Below are positions 1 to 13,904 of a stretch of DNA of 64,000 nt, piece after piece. A program made the translations under genes and the position numbers. Origin of the DNA: the human T2T-CHM13v2.0 reference genome, Homo sapiens; NCBI RefSeq assembly GCF_009914755.1, contig NC_060940.1. One strand, 5' to 3'. The first letter of the stretch is position 1. Each line of letters opens with the position of its first letter. The notes below the pieces were generated by a model. It made no database searches and was not told where the DNA came from. It saw only the letters and a program-made list of their open reading frames with translations.

Positions 1-674
1 ACAATGTTTACAGCATACTTTTTTCTTTCTAAACACAATATGGTCCAGATGACAGGTATGTGTTCCTGATCTCTTGAGAGTTACATATCCCTATTTCAAC
101 CCCTGTCCTCTGTTCCATGGAAGTTTAAATCAACCACCAATATTTCTGGAATTTAATGGGTTAACTGCATTCTCAAGGCTATCTATGTTTACGGTTTGTA
201 TTTCTATATACAGTCATTCTTATCCCAACCTAATTAGTCAGGATAGGGAATTTCTCAATTTCTTGATTCCATTTAACACAAATGATTTGCAGAATATTGA
301 AGATTCTGGGAATACAGTAGTGTAGAGGAATGGTTTATTTCTATTTTCCAATAATGTATACCCTTGAAACAGAACACTTAACATTCCCGTTCTTATACTG
401 CCTTTTACTGTCTTATACTCTCTTTTTCACTGATTAACTTTATTCTATGCCATTCCCAGTCTCTTTGTCTTCTCATTGGCTTACCTTCTCACTACACTAC
501 CTTCTCTGTCTTTTCCCTTCTCATTGAAATTGTGGATAGATTCTCTCTCCCCGCTCTCTCTGTAACTCTCTCCCTCTGCTTTACCCTTTCCTTTCTTCCT
601 CTCTTTCTTCTCCTATCTCTTCAACCTCTTCACCATCTCTCTCTTACCTCACTGTTAGTTCTAGTTTATAAATT

Positions 675-760
675 CAGAAAATGAGTCTCAGAGAAGTTAA
701 GTGACTCGTGCAAGTTCACCTGGTTAGCAAGATTAAGATTCATACTCTGCTCTGTCAGCC
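675..760 (-). mobile_element. MIR SINE fragment
   Basis: gaaaatgagtctcagagaagttaagtgactcgtgcaagttcac resembles the MIR core (gaaactgaggctcagagaggttaagtgacttgcccaaggtcac). Boundaries approximate. Confidence 0.7.
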
Positions 761-1599
761 ATCTATTTTTGTTTAGTTTGACCTTCTTAAAATTAATGTT
801 GTTAAATCTGACCTATGATGACGCCTTGTTAGACAGTAAAAGCTTATTGAATTACATATTTTATGCTTTTTGGAAATGTGACCAATGTGTAATGGATACT
901 GTTAACAACAAATTGAATAAAAGGTACACCCTTAATACCAGAGTGAATTAGGGCAAGCTACAAACGATGTGATATATTACTGGAGTCATTGTTATTGAAT
1001 TAAAGCTTCCTAGTATTTGATATATGGATTAATAATCAAACATATATGTATTTTAATATGGTCCATCTCTGAATGATGAAACATGAAAAGAAAACATTGC
1101 ATCCATCATTGTTGCATTATTTTTAATTTTGAAAGTAGCTAATGTATTTATCTAGAAATAAAATCATATTAACCCATACAAGCTTATACATAGCATAAAG
1201 CATTATATAATACACATTAAATGCATAGATATTTTTACATGTGTCAAGATTGAAAGTGGAGTGTGGGGTGTAGTAATCCCAGAAATAAGGAAGCTATGAG
1301 TGGGGGAATCATAAAAATATGAAAAGAAACTCCTTCCAAATGATTGAATGATTCCTAAAGTGTGCATATGCAGAGTAAAATTTCAAACAAAAGCAATAGC
1401 TATAATTGAACAGTTTCAGCAATTGCCTTTTAAATTTATGCTTTTAAATTTTATACTTTTAAATTTTGATGTAACTGGAAGCTTACAGGAAAACTGTAAA
1501 TGCTGTATCCAGATTCACCAAGTGCTTTTATTGCTCTGTGTATGAATATATATGTAAAATAAATGTTACACATATAAAACTAAGCTGCAGATCTAATTT

Positions 1600-3380
1600 T
1601 ACACACACATATTTTTTGAAGTAATTGAGAAGTTGTAAATATCATATCCTTTTTTCTCTAAATACTTCCTAGTGTAATTCCTAAGAATAAAGATAGTATC
1701 TTACATATGCACAGTACTGTGGTCAGAATTAGAAAAATTTACGTGGATACAATGCTATTATGTACTCTACAGTCCATATTTAAATTTTGTGTGTTATCCC
1801 AGTAATGTTTTGTATACTATTTTATTATCGGGCCAGGATCCAATGCGGGATTACATAGCGTATTTAGTGTTCACGTTTCTTTACTCATAAATGGGATTAA
1901 TGCCCTTATAAAGAGATTTCAGAGAGCTGCCTTGCCTCTTTGACCCCTTTCACCATGTGAGAATGCAGCAATAGGGTGCCATCTATGGAGCAGAAATGAG
2001 CCCTCATCAGACACTGACTCTACTAGCTTCTTGGTCGTGAACTTTCCAGCCTTTTTAACCAAGAGAAATAAAATTCTATTATTTATAAATTATCCAGTCT
2101 AAGGTATTTTGTTATGGCAGCAAGAACAGATTAAGACACTTGGAGTGTCTGAGTTATATCTCCCATGAAGTTATGATTTTCTCCTTGTAATTAATGAGTC
2201 GCTTGTGGACAGATATCCCAAAATTATTCAAATAATCTCTTTCTTGAGAAAGTATCACTCAATAGCTTTAGTTCCACTGATAGTTTTCCAAAGCCACCAT
2301 TCGCTCTGTATTTATTAGTTAAATTTCAACTGTAAGGAAGATTTTCTTTTTCATTTCTTTATTTATTCACTTATTTATCTATATAATTTTGAACTCATGA
2401 ATCCTTTTGTTACTCAATGAGTCATAGCCCATTACTCTTATTATTATTTTGCTGTCCAAATTGTCTTTAGTTTTTGGTCAGTCAAGTCCCTTTAAGCTGG
2501 CTTCTGTGTCACTTGGATATGTACTTATCTTTCTTTATATATTCCTTACTTCAAGGCATATCAAGAGTATCAAGTTTATTGCTTACTTTCCTGGACCCAG
2601 CCCTGAATTCAATCTTTCCTCCAAGCCACCTTAACTTAGTTTAAAGAAGGGTTGCACTTAGAAAACCGAATCCGAATGCTAGGCATCCTTTTTGCTAAGG
2701 GTGTGCCATTACTTTTAATCTCTTTAAGATGGAAGAAAATGACAAAATGTGTGTGTCTGTGTGTGTGTATTTTTATATCTATATTTTAAAATTATTCTTT
2801 CGTATATTTTTCTATCCCATTCTCCCTCACCTCTCCCTCTCCTCTCTCTCTCTTGTCTGTCTCTCCACTCCAGCCCTATGGTTTGATATTATTCCACAGG
2901 TCACTAAAAACTAAAACTTCATCTCTTTTATCTTTCTTTTTGTCTTTATAAAATTTATAAATATCTTCCCATTTCTCTTTGAATTTACTGACCCTTTTCT
3001 TTAGTGCCTCTACTTCTCCACTTTGCTGTTAAGACTTTCAAATGAATTATTCACCTCAAATGTTATACTTTTCCATTTTATTATATTTTTATTATTTCCA
3101 TTTTACTGTTAAAAGTCTCCATATTTTCACCCATTATGATTATCTTTGTTAAAAGTTGTTAATATACTTATTATAGCTGCTTTAAAGCCCTGTCTGAAAT
3201 TTAAAATATCTATGTAATTTGGGGCAGCTTCTAGTTACCTCTTTTTTGCTTAATTATAGGTTATATATGTATCTACCTATATATATGAAAAGATAAATAT
3301 ATCTTTATGTATATATCTTTTTTTCTTATCTCATACTAAACATTGTAAATAATACATTTTAGAGACACTGGATTCTGTTA
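1600..3380 (-). mobile_element. Ancient L1M (L1MC/ME-type) fragments, interrupted by a MaLR LTR and simple repeats
   Basis: ctaagaataaagatagtatcttacat...tacaatgctattat...tacagtccatatttaaattt and ccaggatccaatgcgggattacatagcgtatttagtg resemble the old L1MC 3' UTR. Boundaries approximate. Confidence 0.55.
1885..2138 (+). mobile_element. MaLR LTR, 3' part (MSTD/MLT1A-like)
   Basis: atgggattaatgcccttataaagag...agaaataaaattct...ccagtctaaggtattttgttatggcagc...taagaca is a typical MST/MLT1A end. Confidence 0.8.
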
Positions 3381-4059
3381 TTTTCCTCTGCTGAGTATTT
3401 AATCGGTTAATTAACCAGTTAAACTGTCTAGACTTAAATCCTAAATTTTATGGTGGCAATTGCTGAAACTGTTCAATTATAGCTATTGCTTTTGTTTGAA
3501 ATTTCACTCTGCATATGCACAGTTCAGGAATCATTCAATAATTTGGAAGGAGTTTCTTTTCACAGTTTTATGATTTCTCTCTCTCATAGTTTCCTCATTT
3601 CTGGGATTACTACACCCCACACTTCACTTTCTCTCTTGACTTGAAACAGTAAACTACAAAAACCCTCAAACATTTTCAGCTAAAGTCAGCATTCTCCCAC
3701 ACATGGAAATCCCCTTTTATCTTTTGAAAACAAAAGCCAATGAAATATAATTTAGGCAAAGCAAAGCAAAAATATCACAAATGAAATCAAAAGGGAGATG
3801 AAATATTTCACAGATTCCTCTGTTGTAATGCTAAAGCCATGGACAGATACCGCTTGAAGGAGAACAAAATTTAACAAATACCATTGGTGTTTATACATGC
3901 AATATTCTAATTGGACTCCAAAATGTTTTGGTTGACAGCAATACGTGTTGCTGGGAATCAATCTAGTAAAAATGTGTACTAGTACATCTTTTTATAGGTT
4001 TAGCCATATTCATAATAGAAAAAATAAATGACGTTAGATCGATGAGGTTACTAGAAGAC

Positions 4060-4352
4060 TTTTTTTTTTTTTGAGATGGATCTCACTCTGTTGTCCAGGC
4101 TGGAGTGCAATGGTATAATCTCTGCTCACTGCAACCCCTGCCTCTGAGGTTCTAATGATTCTCCTGCCTCAGCGTCCTCAGTAGTTGGGATTACAGGCGC
4201 TCACCACCACACCCAGTTAATTTTTGTATTTTTAGTGAAAACAGGGTTTCACCCTGTTGGCCAGGCTAGTCTCGAGCTCCTGATCTCAAGTGATCCACTG
4301 CCTCAGCCTTCCAAAGTGCTGGGATTACAGACGTGAGCCACCACACCCGGCC
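4060..4352 (-). mobile_element. AluS
   Basis: Poly-T, both monomers, tttttgtatttttagt linker, ends ...ccacacccggcc. Confidence 0.95.
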
Positions 4353-7300
4353 AAAGACATTTTAAACAAAATGAATTTAAGAATGCATTTAGGAATACTG
4401 GAACATTTAATCGTTTACTTAAAAATGCTCCCCTGCACCTGGAAACTGATACAGGATGTATGCGTAATGTTTTCGATTCTCATTTTTCTTTTGCTATTTT
4501 CCCTTTTACTCCTTTCCTTTTGCCATTATAGATATATACTCCATTCCTTTAACACTCCTCACTTCATCCTGGTGATATAAAATAAAGATTGGAAGTTCCA
4601 GAAGTTTTCTTTTAGCTCATTCTATGATTAAACTACACACTTATTATTTAGGAAATCATAGTATACAGAGAGCTAGTACTTCCTAAGAGCTCTCAGGTAG
4701 CACATGGCTGTGTCTGGACTGCAGTTTAGCTCTCCTAACTTTAAGTTATGTGCAATTCCTACTACAACTGTCTCTTATTTTACCTTCTCTTCTGGGTAAA
4801 TGATACAAATCCTTCCTCAACAAAATGTTTCAGGCAAGAACCCCAGGAGAGAACACCAGCAGATAATCTCTAGTTATACAAGAAAATGACAATTTCCACT
4901 ACATCTTTGAGATATGAAGGAGGGAAGTATTCAGTAGCAAACCTGCATGCTGCTGGCTCAGTGGGTCTTTTATTCAATATTCATTAATTACTATAGCCTG
5001 GTGTTATGCTGGGCACTGGAGAGAAGGTGATAAACAAGATTCAGAGCTTATCTTCATAAAGCTCATAGCCTAGTGAGGCTTGTGACAAATACTTTTCTAG
5101 AGGCGTAAAATATATAGTAGACCAATGATGGTAAGAACAACTCTAGATGAGTGATTACACATGGATTCACAAAGGCAATGGTGTTTGCCCCATATTTGTC
5201 TTGTGTAAAGAGCCTAGAATGGCTTTACAGGCTAAGGGGGACACTGTGGTATTTTACTTAGACTCATCTTTTAGACCAAGGAAGATATCCTTCCATCTGT
5301 CTGGAGTTTTGGCTGTTGATGGCTTATAGCTGAATCTCTGTTGCTTGCATTCAGCCAAAGAAAGGTGCCTTGTTCAAGACCCACCCTCCATACCCCCCAG
5401 AGAAATACCACATTTAATGACAGGTCAGTTTTGTCTACAAAGTCCTGGTTTCTTTGCTTTAATTCAGAAAAATGGAAAATAAGATTTTCTAAGGTCTCTG
5501 TTTCAATGGTTTCACAGTTTAACTTCTCCTGCTACCCAATTCTACTTCTCTTACTCCTTTCAGCTTTTGTCCCATAGACCATGCTCCAGTAAACTTCCTG
5601 TGGCCCAAATATCCATCTCATAATCTGTTTCCTGGAGAACTTTATCTAAGACATAGAGAAAAGGAGTTCTTTGTTAAAAGTACCAAGAAGAGGCAAGAGG
5701 CAAAAGGCAATGGTTAAGCAGGCATAATGCATGGATTTGGTGGGGTTGGAGGGAAGGACTGAATATGTGGCTAATAGAGAAGAAGGGATCATAATGACCT
5801 TGGCTGGGGAATTCAGAGCTAATCTTGTGGACACTGGGAGGTCACTAAGAGTTTTCATTTGTTGTTTTTGTTGTTGTTGTTTATTTTTTATGGTACATGA
5901 TGGAAAGAGAAAGATCAGTCAAATGGCCATAGGAAAAAACACAGATAGTGATTTATCCTAGCTCTGTTTCCTCTTCTATTATTAGAATTTTTATACTAAA
6001 TTTTGTCTCTCATTTAAAAAATACTTATAAAAGATGTTGCAGTATGTAGTAAAAATAGTGAGATCATGGCTTCTGTTATCAAACTTTAAAAAATTACCTT
6101 TGACTCAAATTATAAGAAAAAAAGTATTTTAAGTTTCTTGTAACAGAAAGAGCACCCACATGGTGTGTCTTCCAATCATGGGGAATGAGAAGGGTTTTAT
6201 AGGTGCAATGAGGTAGGCTTTGGTCAGGAAGATGTTGCAATCTTGCCGAAAGGAATTGTTTTCCTTTGCAATTTGGCCCATCTCAGTGCATGATGTCCTG
6301 TTTTAGGAACTGTGAAACTGAAGAAGGGATTTAGAGGGAGAGGGTTTATTCTGTTTTCTTGAGAGCAAGGGGGTTAGGGTAACCATGGAGCAATAAGTTT
6401 TGCAGGTCTTCATACTTAAGATGACTTAGCAAGAATTGGAAGGATGAATTCGGGGCTCTTGAGAGTTAGAAATGAAAGGATCCTTGGCAACTAGATGAGG
6501 AGGATGATGAAAGATGAGTCTTGGATGACTGGGGGCCAAGAATGAGTTGGGTTTAGATGATTGGTTGACAAGAAGTGATGATTCTTAGCCCTGATGTGTA
6601 GTGCTGCTGGGGAAGTGGATTTGTGAAAAGCTAATAGATTAAGCTAATGTGCTGAGTTTGAATTTTCTGTGTAGCAGAGTGCAGTGAAAAAGGCATGGCC
6701 ACACTGTTTACTAGCTCTTTGATCTTAGGAGAGTGACTTACCCTCTTGGTGTCCTGAGCTGAAAAATGAAGACATGAAAGAATTCTGACTTCATAATGAT
6801 GTTAAAATTGAAATGGAATCATGCACATGAAGCACTTCATACACTGAGGGTTAGAGAAAGTAAGTGATTACATCATACATATATATGATTGTTACATTCT
6901 GGTAATTAGTCTTTGACAAGAAAGTGAAAGGTAATTTGAATTGTAATAGCAAGTGTCAAGGGAGGTGCCTATCATGGTAGCAGTACAACTGACTTGTAGT
7001 TTTGACTAAAGTACACATAAATGCAGAAAGGTAAGTTTCACCCATATGTTATATGAAGTTTTATAGACGACCTCAGTAATGACATCAGATAAATATTTCT
7101 CCCTATTAAAAATGAATATAATAAATAAAATGTCAGAAAAAAATTTACAGAATCTCTTTTATGTGTCTTATCTTGTGTAGGTGGTGGAAATACTGGGGCA
7201 AAGAGTACAGTCATAGTCACTGCCTTCATAGACAGACTCATGCCACAGTGCTCCTACCTTCTAAATGTAATGATTAAATACATGGATAATTACATTAAGG

Positions 7301-9119
7301 AGCCAACTCTGGTGCCTCACACTCCTCCTCCTGCCTGGATCACAGCTGGAGAATATAAGTATAAATTAATACATTTATCGCCAAATACTTAACGAGCATC
7401 TTTTGTATTCAGGGCACAGTACAAGGTACTTTGGAAGCTCCTGAGACAAATTAATCAAATATTCTCAAGGAGTTTCTGATGTACCGTGAGTAAAATATAT
7501 ACATATAATGAAATTACAAAGTAGAAAATGTCCTACACTATAAAAGAGAAAAATTCTGCAGGGATCTTGAGAAATATGGAATTGTTTTTATTTGAAAGAA
7601 AAAAGGTCTTCAATGATATTTTTCCTGGGACTTAATGAGTGAGACGTCTTTGGATATGATCTGAAAGTCTTTCCATATACTATTTTCATACACTATTTCT
7701 CTTCTTCCTCCCTGGAGTTTGTAATTCAAGGTGCCACCATGAGAAGATTTCTGGATGCAGGGTCAAAAAGATCTGAATTCTAGTCCAGTTCCTTGTTTTT
7801 CCACTTACGTGTATCTAATACATAGAATCATTATCTTCATGCAAATCTTACATTTTAATAAGCACATCTGTGCATTTTCTGTCTCTTGACTTCGGGAGGA
7901 ACCACTTAGAATTCTGAGCTTCAGTTTCCTCAATAGAAAAATGGGAAAATTAACCCTTCTTTGTGTACATCTGAGGAGCAAGGATGTTAGGAATATGACA
8001 GTCTTGTACAAACTGTAAAACATCATATGGCCCTGTAGAGTTGTAATCAGAACAGTAAAGTCCTGGACAAATCAAGCAACTCATTACACAAAGTGTTGGA
8101 TGACTGAGTTTTAAAGCTTCAAGCTCTTAATATACTATTCAACACCCTGAAAACATAAAGTTGAGAAAGGGGGAAAAAAGAAGGGAAGGACAGCGGCTTC
8201 TTCTCAGGGGACCCGAATGCCCATTAAAATGCATCTAGCAGGGGACATAAAACCAATGAGAAGGAGCAATTTACTTTTACTGCTGGGGCAGGAGCCATGC
8301 AACTATTTTTACTAACTACGGCTGTTCCCGTCTATTAGAGTACCTAAAATATTTATGATCACTGTCTCTGTGTGAAACACTGTCTGTCGCAAGCAGAAAC
8401 ATTAACCTGTGTTGGAATGTGTTTGTTGTCATTTTCTTGTCTGATAATTAATGCAGTGGAAATAGAGAGGGGCTGAGCAAAATTCTCATATAGCACATGA
8501 AGAAAAGAAAAATGAGGAAGCCGTGGCACCATGCCAGGGGCAAGAGCTTTGCCAATTTGGCATTTTGCCTACCTAGACTGGGGGATTACCCTGTAGTATA
8601 TTAAAGTATCAGCTTTTTAATTTACCAAATTATTTTCCAGATGTTTTTGGCAAAAAGGGACTTCTTGGCAAACATTTGAGTACTTGTCAGAGAATTACAC
8701 ACTTAATATTACACTACTTATTATTTTAATTAATGACAGGAAGAAGTTTGCTTGAAGACAATTCTTAGCCACGCAAAAAAGAATGTTAATATTTTATGAG
8801 GTGAGGAAATTATCTTTAACACTGAAATGTTCAGAAATTATAACAGAAGGAATATTACTGGAAAAAATGAGCTGGTTGTAGTTACATTTACTGTTAGCAA
8901 TTCTGACAAAAAGAGATCATAAGGAATATTGATATTCAGGCAGCATGCTGTAAGATTAGCAAGAACATATGTGAAATTAATATGTTCCACGCATAAAAGG
9001 TCAATAAATAATAGTTCAATTAGAATTTGAGAATAGATGTAAAAATAGTGTTGGATGCAAGTGACATCAATCCTCATCTCTGGTCTGTTAGCAACTTTGT
9101 GTACTAATGTTCCTGCTAT

Positions 9120-9300
9120 CATTTATTGAATGCTCTCTATGTGTCAGGCATTCTGTTAAGCACTTTACACAAATGTTAGAACTTGGAACAACTACTTGTT
9201 ATGCTCAGGAGAGTGAGTTTCCTGGAATTTAAATCATTTGCTCAAATGCACTGAGCAAATAAGTGGTTGAGCCATTCCACAGTCTAAGTTTTAAACTGTG
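9120..9300 (-). mobile_element. MIR SINE
   Basis: atttattgaatgctctctatgtgtcaggcattctgttaagcactttaca is the MIR 3' end in reverse. Confidence 0.7.
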
Positions 9301-9942
9301 TTATCATTACCTTTCTAAATCATTCAGGAAAAAAAGAAGCTGAGTTTCTCCATCTTTCAAAAGAATCAGCTGCCATAGGAATTCTAGTTGGTGCCATCCA
9401 TTTTTGGGGTCTCATATTCTACACGTATTTAGTTCGTTCCCTCTGCCAGTCCCTCTGCCAACCAATGATCAATTTCACTTCAATGTACTTATTAAATCCA
9501 TGCTTAAAGATACCTGCTGAATGCTCTCCCTTTTGCCCCTTCCAAAATTTCTAGCTACTTAGAAAGCCTTCCTGCCACCTCCACCTCCTGAGTAGCTATG
9601 ACTATGGGCCATAGCCTTATTGTTTCCAACCAGAAACATCTGGAAAATAATACAGTAGCATTTCTAGATACTTCTTCAATCTAACCAGGGTGAAAGAAAT
9701 GAAACATACATATCTTGAGACATATAAACTTCTTTTTATAACAGTTTAACCTCACAAGATGTTAAGTTGCCTATTGACACCCTTCTGATTTTTATCACAA
9801 TGGTCAGTTGCTGGATCCTCTTTTTGTTCCTTTTTAACTGGCCACCACTTTGATAGCCTTGTGAACAAAATTGTGTTTTTGCTTTGTTTTGTTCTGTATT
9901 TTGAAGGGTTACAACCTTGGTTTTACTAATAATGTGGGTCTT

Positions 9943-10273
9943 TTTTTAAATAGCTGAAGTGTCACTTTTTTGCCCAAGCTGGAGTACAGTGGCTTGATCA
10001 TAGCTCACTGCAGCCTTGACCTCCTGGGCTCAAGCAATCCTCCCACCTCAGCCTCCTGGGTAGCTATGACTACAGGTGCACTGACTCTAATATATATATT
10101 ATATATATAGGTGCACTGACTCTAATATATATATATATATATGTATTGTATATATATATATAAGATCTTGCTATGCTGACCAGGCTGGTCTCACACTCCT
10201 GGCCTCAAGGAATCCTCCTGCCTCTGCCTCCCAAAGTGCTGCAATTTACAGGCGTAAGCCATCAGGCCAGGCC
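9943..10273 (-). mobile_element. AluJ with internal (TA)n expansion
   Basis: atcatagctcactgcagccttgacctcctgggctcaagcaatcctcc is AluJ-type. Degenerate TSD aataatgtgggtctt (9928-9942) / aatgatgtggatctt (10274-10288). Confidence 0.93.
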
Positions 10274-11680
10274 AATGATGTGGATCTTGAGAAATGTGAC
10301 TATTGGTGGTAACAGTATCCATGTTAGAGGACTATTCCTTTTTGTAATAAATTAGTACGAAAGCAAGCAAGACATCTAATGTCATGCTCACACAGTTATA
10401 TTTCTATAATAATTTCTTGAGTAAGAGAAAAATGATAGAGTTATAGCTAGCATGCACAACAGTGGGCACATTAATATAATTTATATTTCACAGATATAAA
10501 AATCAAACATTGTTTTATAGTAGAAAAAATTTAAGAATGGTGGCTATATCTAAATGTGAAGATCAATATGACTTCTTTCTCAGTCTTTTAATGTTGAACT
10601 CATCCAATAATGACTGCCAGCCTCAGCTTTCCTTAGAGTAGTATCATGGAGTATAAAATTAGTAACACCCCAAAACTCCGCTCAATCTGAACCAACATTA
10701 TCAGTGTACATGGAGAGTCACCTCCGTGCTCTACTTCCACATTCAAAGTCACAGCCTCAGCCAGTCGTGGAGTTCTGCTTACACTCCTAGCTCTCCCTTC
10801 CCCTGCACACTTAGCTCATCTTGCCACCAACCCCAACACCCACTTTTATATTACTTTTCTTAATTACTCTGTCCCTTAAAATGAGCTTTTATTCTTTTAA
10901 AAATAATTATTTCAGCATTTGGAAAGAACAGCACAGAGTATACTTTATGATTTAAGGGATTTATAAGCAAAATTTTACTTTTAAAACTCAATGCATGAAC
11001 TGTTTGAGCATTCAGTTGCGTCGTTTTCTCAGCTGTGTAGAGAAGGCAAAGATAAATGCTGTTTTCATTATTTAATGTGAGTGCTCACATATGATTTAAA
11101 TAAATATAGAATCTGAAATATTTGTTATATTTTAAGGGATATTTGATATGCAATTTCAGGACATGAGAACCAATGTCTAGCTATTATAATACTTGACTTG
11201 TCATTTGGTGTTAATATGCCTAAAACATGTGTTGTCAAGTTCCATAATAACAATTTTTTTTGCCAGGACTCCACTTCCATCCAGGTCCATGAAAGGTGAC
11301 TTCTATCAATACCATGAAGGAATTAAACCCCAAAAAAGAGATTCAAGTACATTCCCACGATAACATTTCATATTCGGTCAGAAATATACAGGTAAACTGA
11401 ATGTAACAGGAGCCACTCTCAGTTAATGAATAAATATACCAGAAAAGACTGGACTATTTCCCTAACAAATTGACCTCTGAATAAAGACAGACCTTTAAGC
11501 ATTTTAAAGAGAGCTGGTTGCAGAGAATAAACTGCCTTAAAAAGATTTCCAGTTGGAAGCTGTTCTGTTTGTCCATTTTTCTTTTCCCCAAACCTGCCTT
11601 GCCAGTCATTCAAGCCATAGCACCTGGTATTATATTTTACCATTAATAAAAGATGAGGTATTTCAAAGAGGTCAGGACAG

Positions 11681-13861
11681 TGTTTTAATTGCCTATTGCT
11701 TCCTAACAAATGTCCTCCAAACTTAGCAGCTTAAAACACTAAGCATTTATTATCATGCAGTTTATATGGTTTGGGAAACCAGGGATGACTTAAATTGGTG
11801 GTTATGACTCAGGGTCTCTCATGAAGTTTCAGTTAAGCTGTTGCTTAAGGTTCCAGTCATCCCATAGCTCAACTGGGGATGGAGATTCTGCATCCAAGAT
11901 CACCTATACTCATATTGGCAGGCCTTTGTTCCTTGCTGGCTGTTGACTGGAAGTCTCTATTCCTCACTATGTGCTCATGATGGGGCTACTTGGCAGGGCA
12001 GTTGGCTTCCTAAGAACAAGGAATCCAAGAGTGAGAAACATGAGAACAAGAAAATATCAAAGACAGAAACCAGTCTTTTATAACGTAATCTCAGAAGTGA
12101 AATAATACCATATGCTTTGGATCACACAGAACCAAACTCTAACATCATGGATGGACTATACGAGATTGTGAGTACCAAAAAGCAAGGATAATTGTGGGTC
12201 TTTGCAGTGGTCACCTTGCAGACAGGTGACCACAATCTCCCCTTTGACCCCCAATGATTCCTTTCCCTCAAACATGCAATATATATGCATCCTTTCTCCA
12301 GGCACCTCAAGTTATCATTCTATCAAGCATCAGCTCAAATTCTAGAATCTCATCTTCTATGTCAGACCCGTATGTTGGAGAAGGTTGCTAAGGCTCAGAA
12401 CTCTCAGTAATCCTTCCTGTATCATGAAAGGCACCACATGTTTGCAGCCGAGTCATTTTCTTATTCTGCTTCTTGTCAGTAGAAATTGGAGTGTCTAAAA
12501 GTTTTTCATTTTGCACTCTATCAACTCAGTTCAAACTGACTGTTTCTGCATTTATAGTGATTGTAAAAGTTTTATGGATCTTCTGTGAATCTTTTTGGCA
12601 TCTATTTCATCAGCAAAAACAAAAACAGAAACAAAAAACCCACACTCACAGGTATCTCTGTGATAATCCTTTACCTTTAGCTTCTGCTAAGATTGCTGAG
12701 GACAGTGCCTTTAAACGTCCTAGAAGCTGATTGTTGCATATAGAAGATATGTGTACACCTTCAATTCCTTTAAAAGATGTTTTGTCTGACCTAATCGTAT
12801 TCTGTGATACCACGTTTGATCTTTCTGAGGTCTTAAAAAGAGATTTTAGAGTCATACTTTCAGTTTTATCTTTGGACCATGTTTTGCTATCTGTAGAGTC
12901 TGAGAATTTTCAAACCCAAGTTTTAGATATTTTTTGTTTCACTGTCCTTGTATTTTATCTATCTCTTCTTACATTTTACTATAAGCACCAAGAAACCAGA
13001 TGGCAGGTTCAGCATTCTGTTTGGAGATCTCTTTAGTTAGATTATCTTGTTCATTAGGTACTTTTACCATATTCCACATAATTGCAGGCAACAGTCTTGC
13101 TAAAATGTCTGTGACTACTTAAAAAGGATGCCTTTTCTTCAGTTTCCAATAGCACTTATCTGACTTTCTAAAGCCCTCATTTACAGCTTTATCAGAGACC
13201 ACAAGTCTTCTAGTAACATCTTCACCAAGAAACAGGGCTTTTACTAACGCTCTTCTCAAGTTCCACCTCCAAGTTCCAAAGCCCTGTCCACATTTTTAGA
13301 TTTTTGACACAGCAGTACTCCACATTCAGGCACTCAAATCTGTTTGGGTATAAATAGTTTGCTACTGCCACATAACAAATTACCTCAGAACTTAACAGCT
13401 TAAAAATGATATATTTTTTTTTAATCTCACAGTTCTGTTTATCCAGAATCTGAATATGAACAGTTTGGCTGTGTGGTTCTGGCTCATCGTCTCCATTGAG
13501 TTTGCATTTAAGTTGTTGGCTCCACTGGACATGGAGAATCAGTTTCTAAGTTTACACGCATGGTTGTTGGTAGACCTTGGTTCCTTGCTGACTGCTGTTT
13601 AGAGGCTTCTGTTCCTCACCACATAGGCCTCTCCATAGGGCTATACAACATTGCAAGTGAAGCAAGTTCTAGAGAGAGTGTGTGTAAAGGAGAGAGTGCT
13701 CACAACAGAAGCTGTAGTCTTAGAACTGACATAGCTTCATTTATGCCATGTGCTGTTGATCACACAGACCAACCCTGGTGTGATTTAGGAGGAAAATTCA
13801 CAGCACATCAATGCCAAGAAGCAGTAAAATTTGGGGACCATCTTGGAGGCTTGCTACCACA
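11681..13861 (-). mobile_element. Two-LTR MLT1 (MLT1F/G-type) MaLR element with internal region
   Basis: LTRs at ~11681-12234 and ~13341-13861. Both start tgt...taacaaat...aactta(g/a)cagcttaaaa and end ...accaca. The intervening ~1.1 kb looks like MLT-int (gacccccaatgattcc; cagcagtactccacattcaggcactcaaatc). Confidence 0.75.
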
Positions 13862-13904
13862 AGTTTCCAGCCATAGGCAGAGCTCAGGACATGAGAGAGA
13901 TAAT

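Noticed and set aside
540-650. CT-rich tract (also the GA-rich tract at ~52680-52745)
   Set aside because: Ordinary low-complexity sequence without a long perfect mirror repeat.
6040-6620. Possible ancient LTR-like segment
   Set aside because: I could not assign termini, a TSD or a family with any confidence.
7028-7036. Perfect donor AAG|GTAAGT
   Set aside because: No convincing upstream acceptor or coding frame. Such sites are expected by chance in 64 kb.
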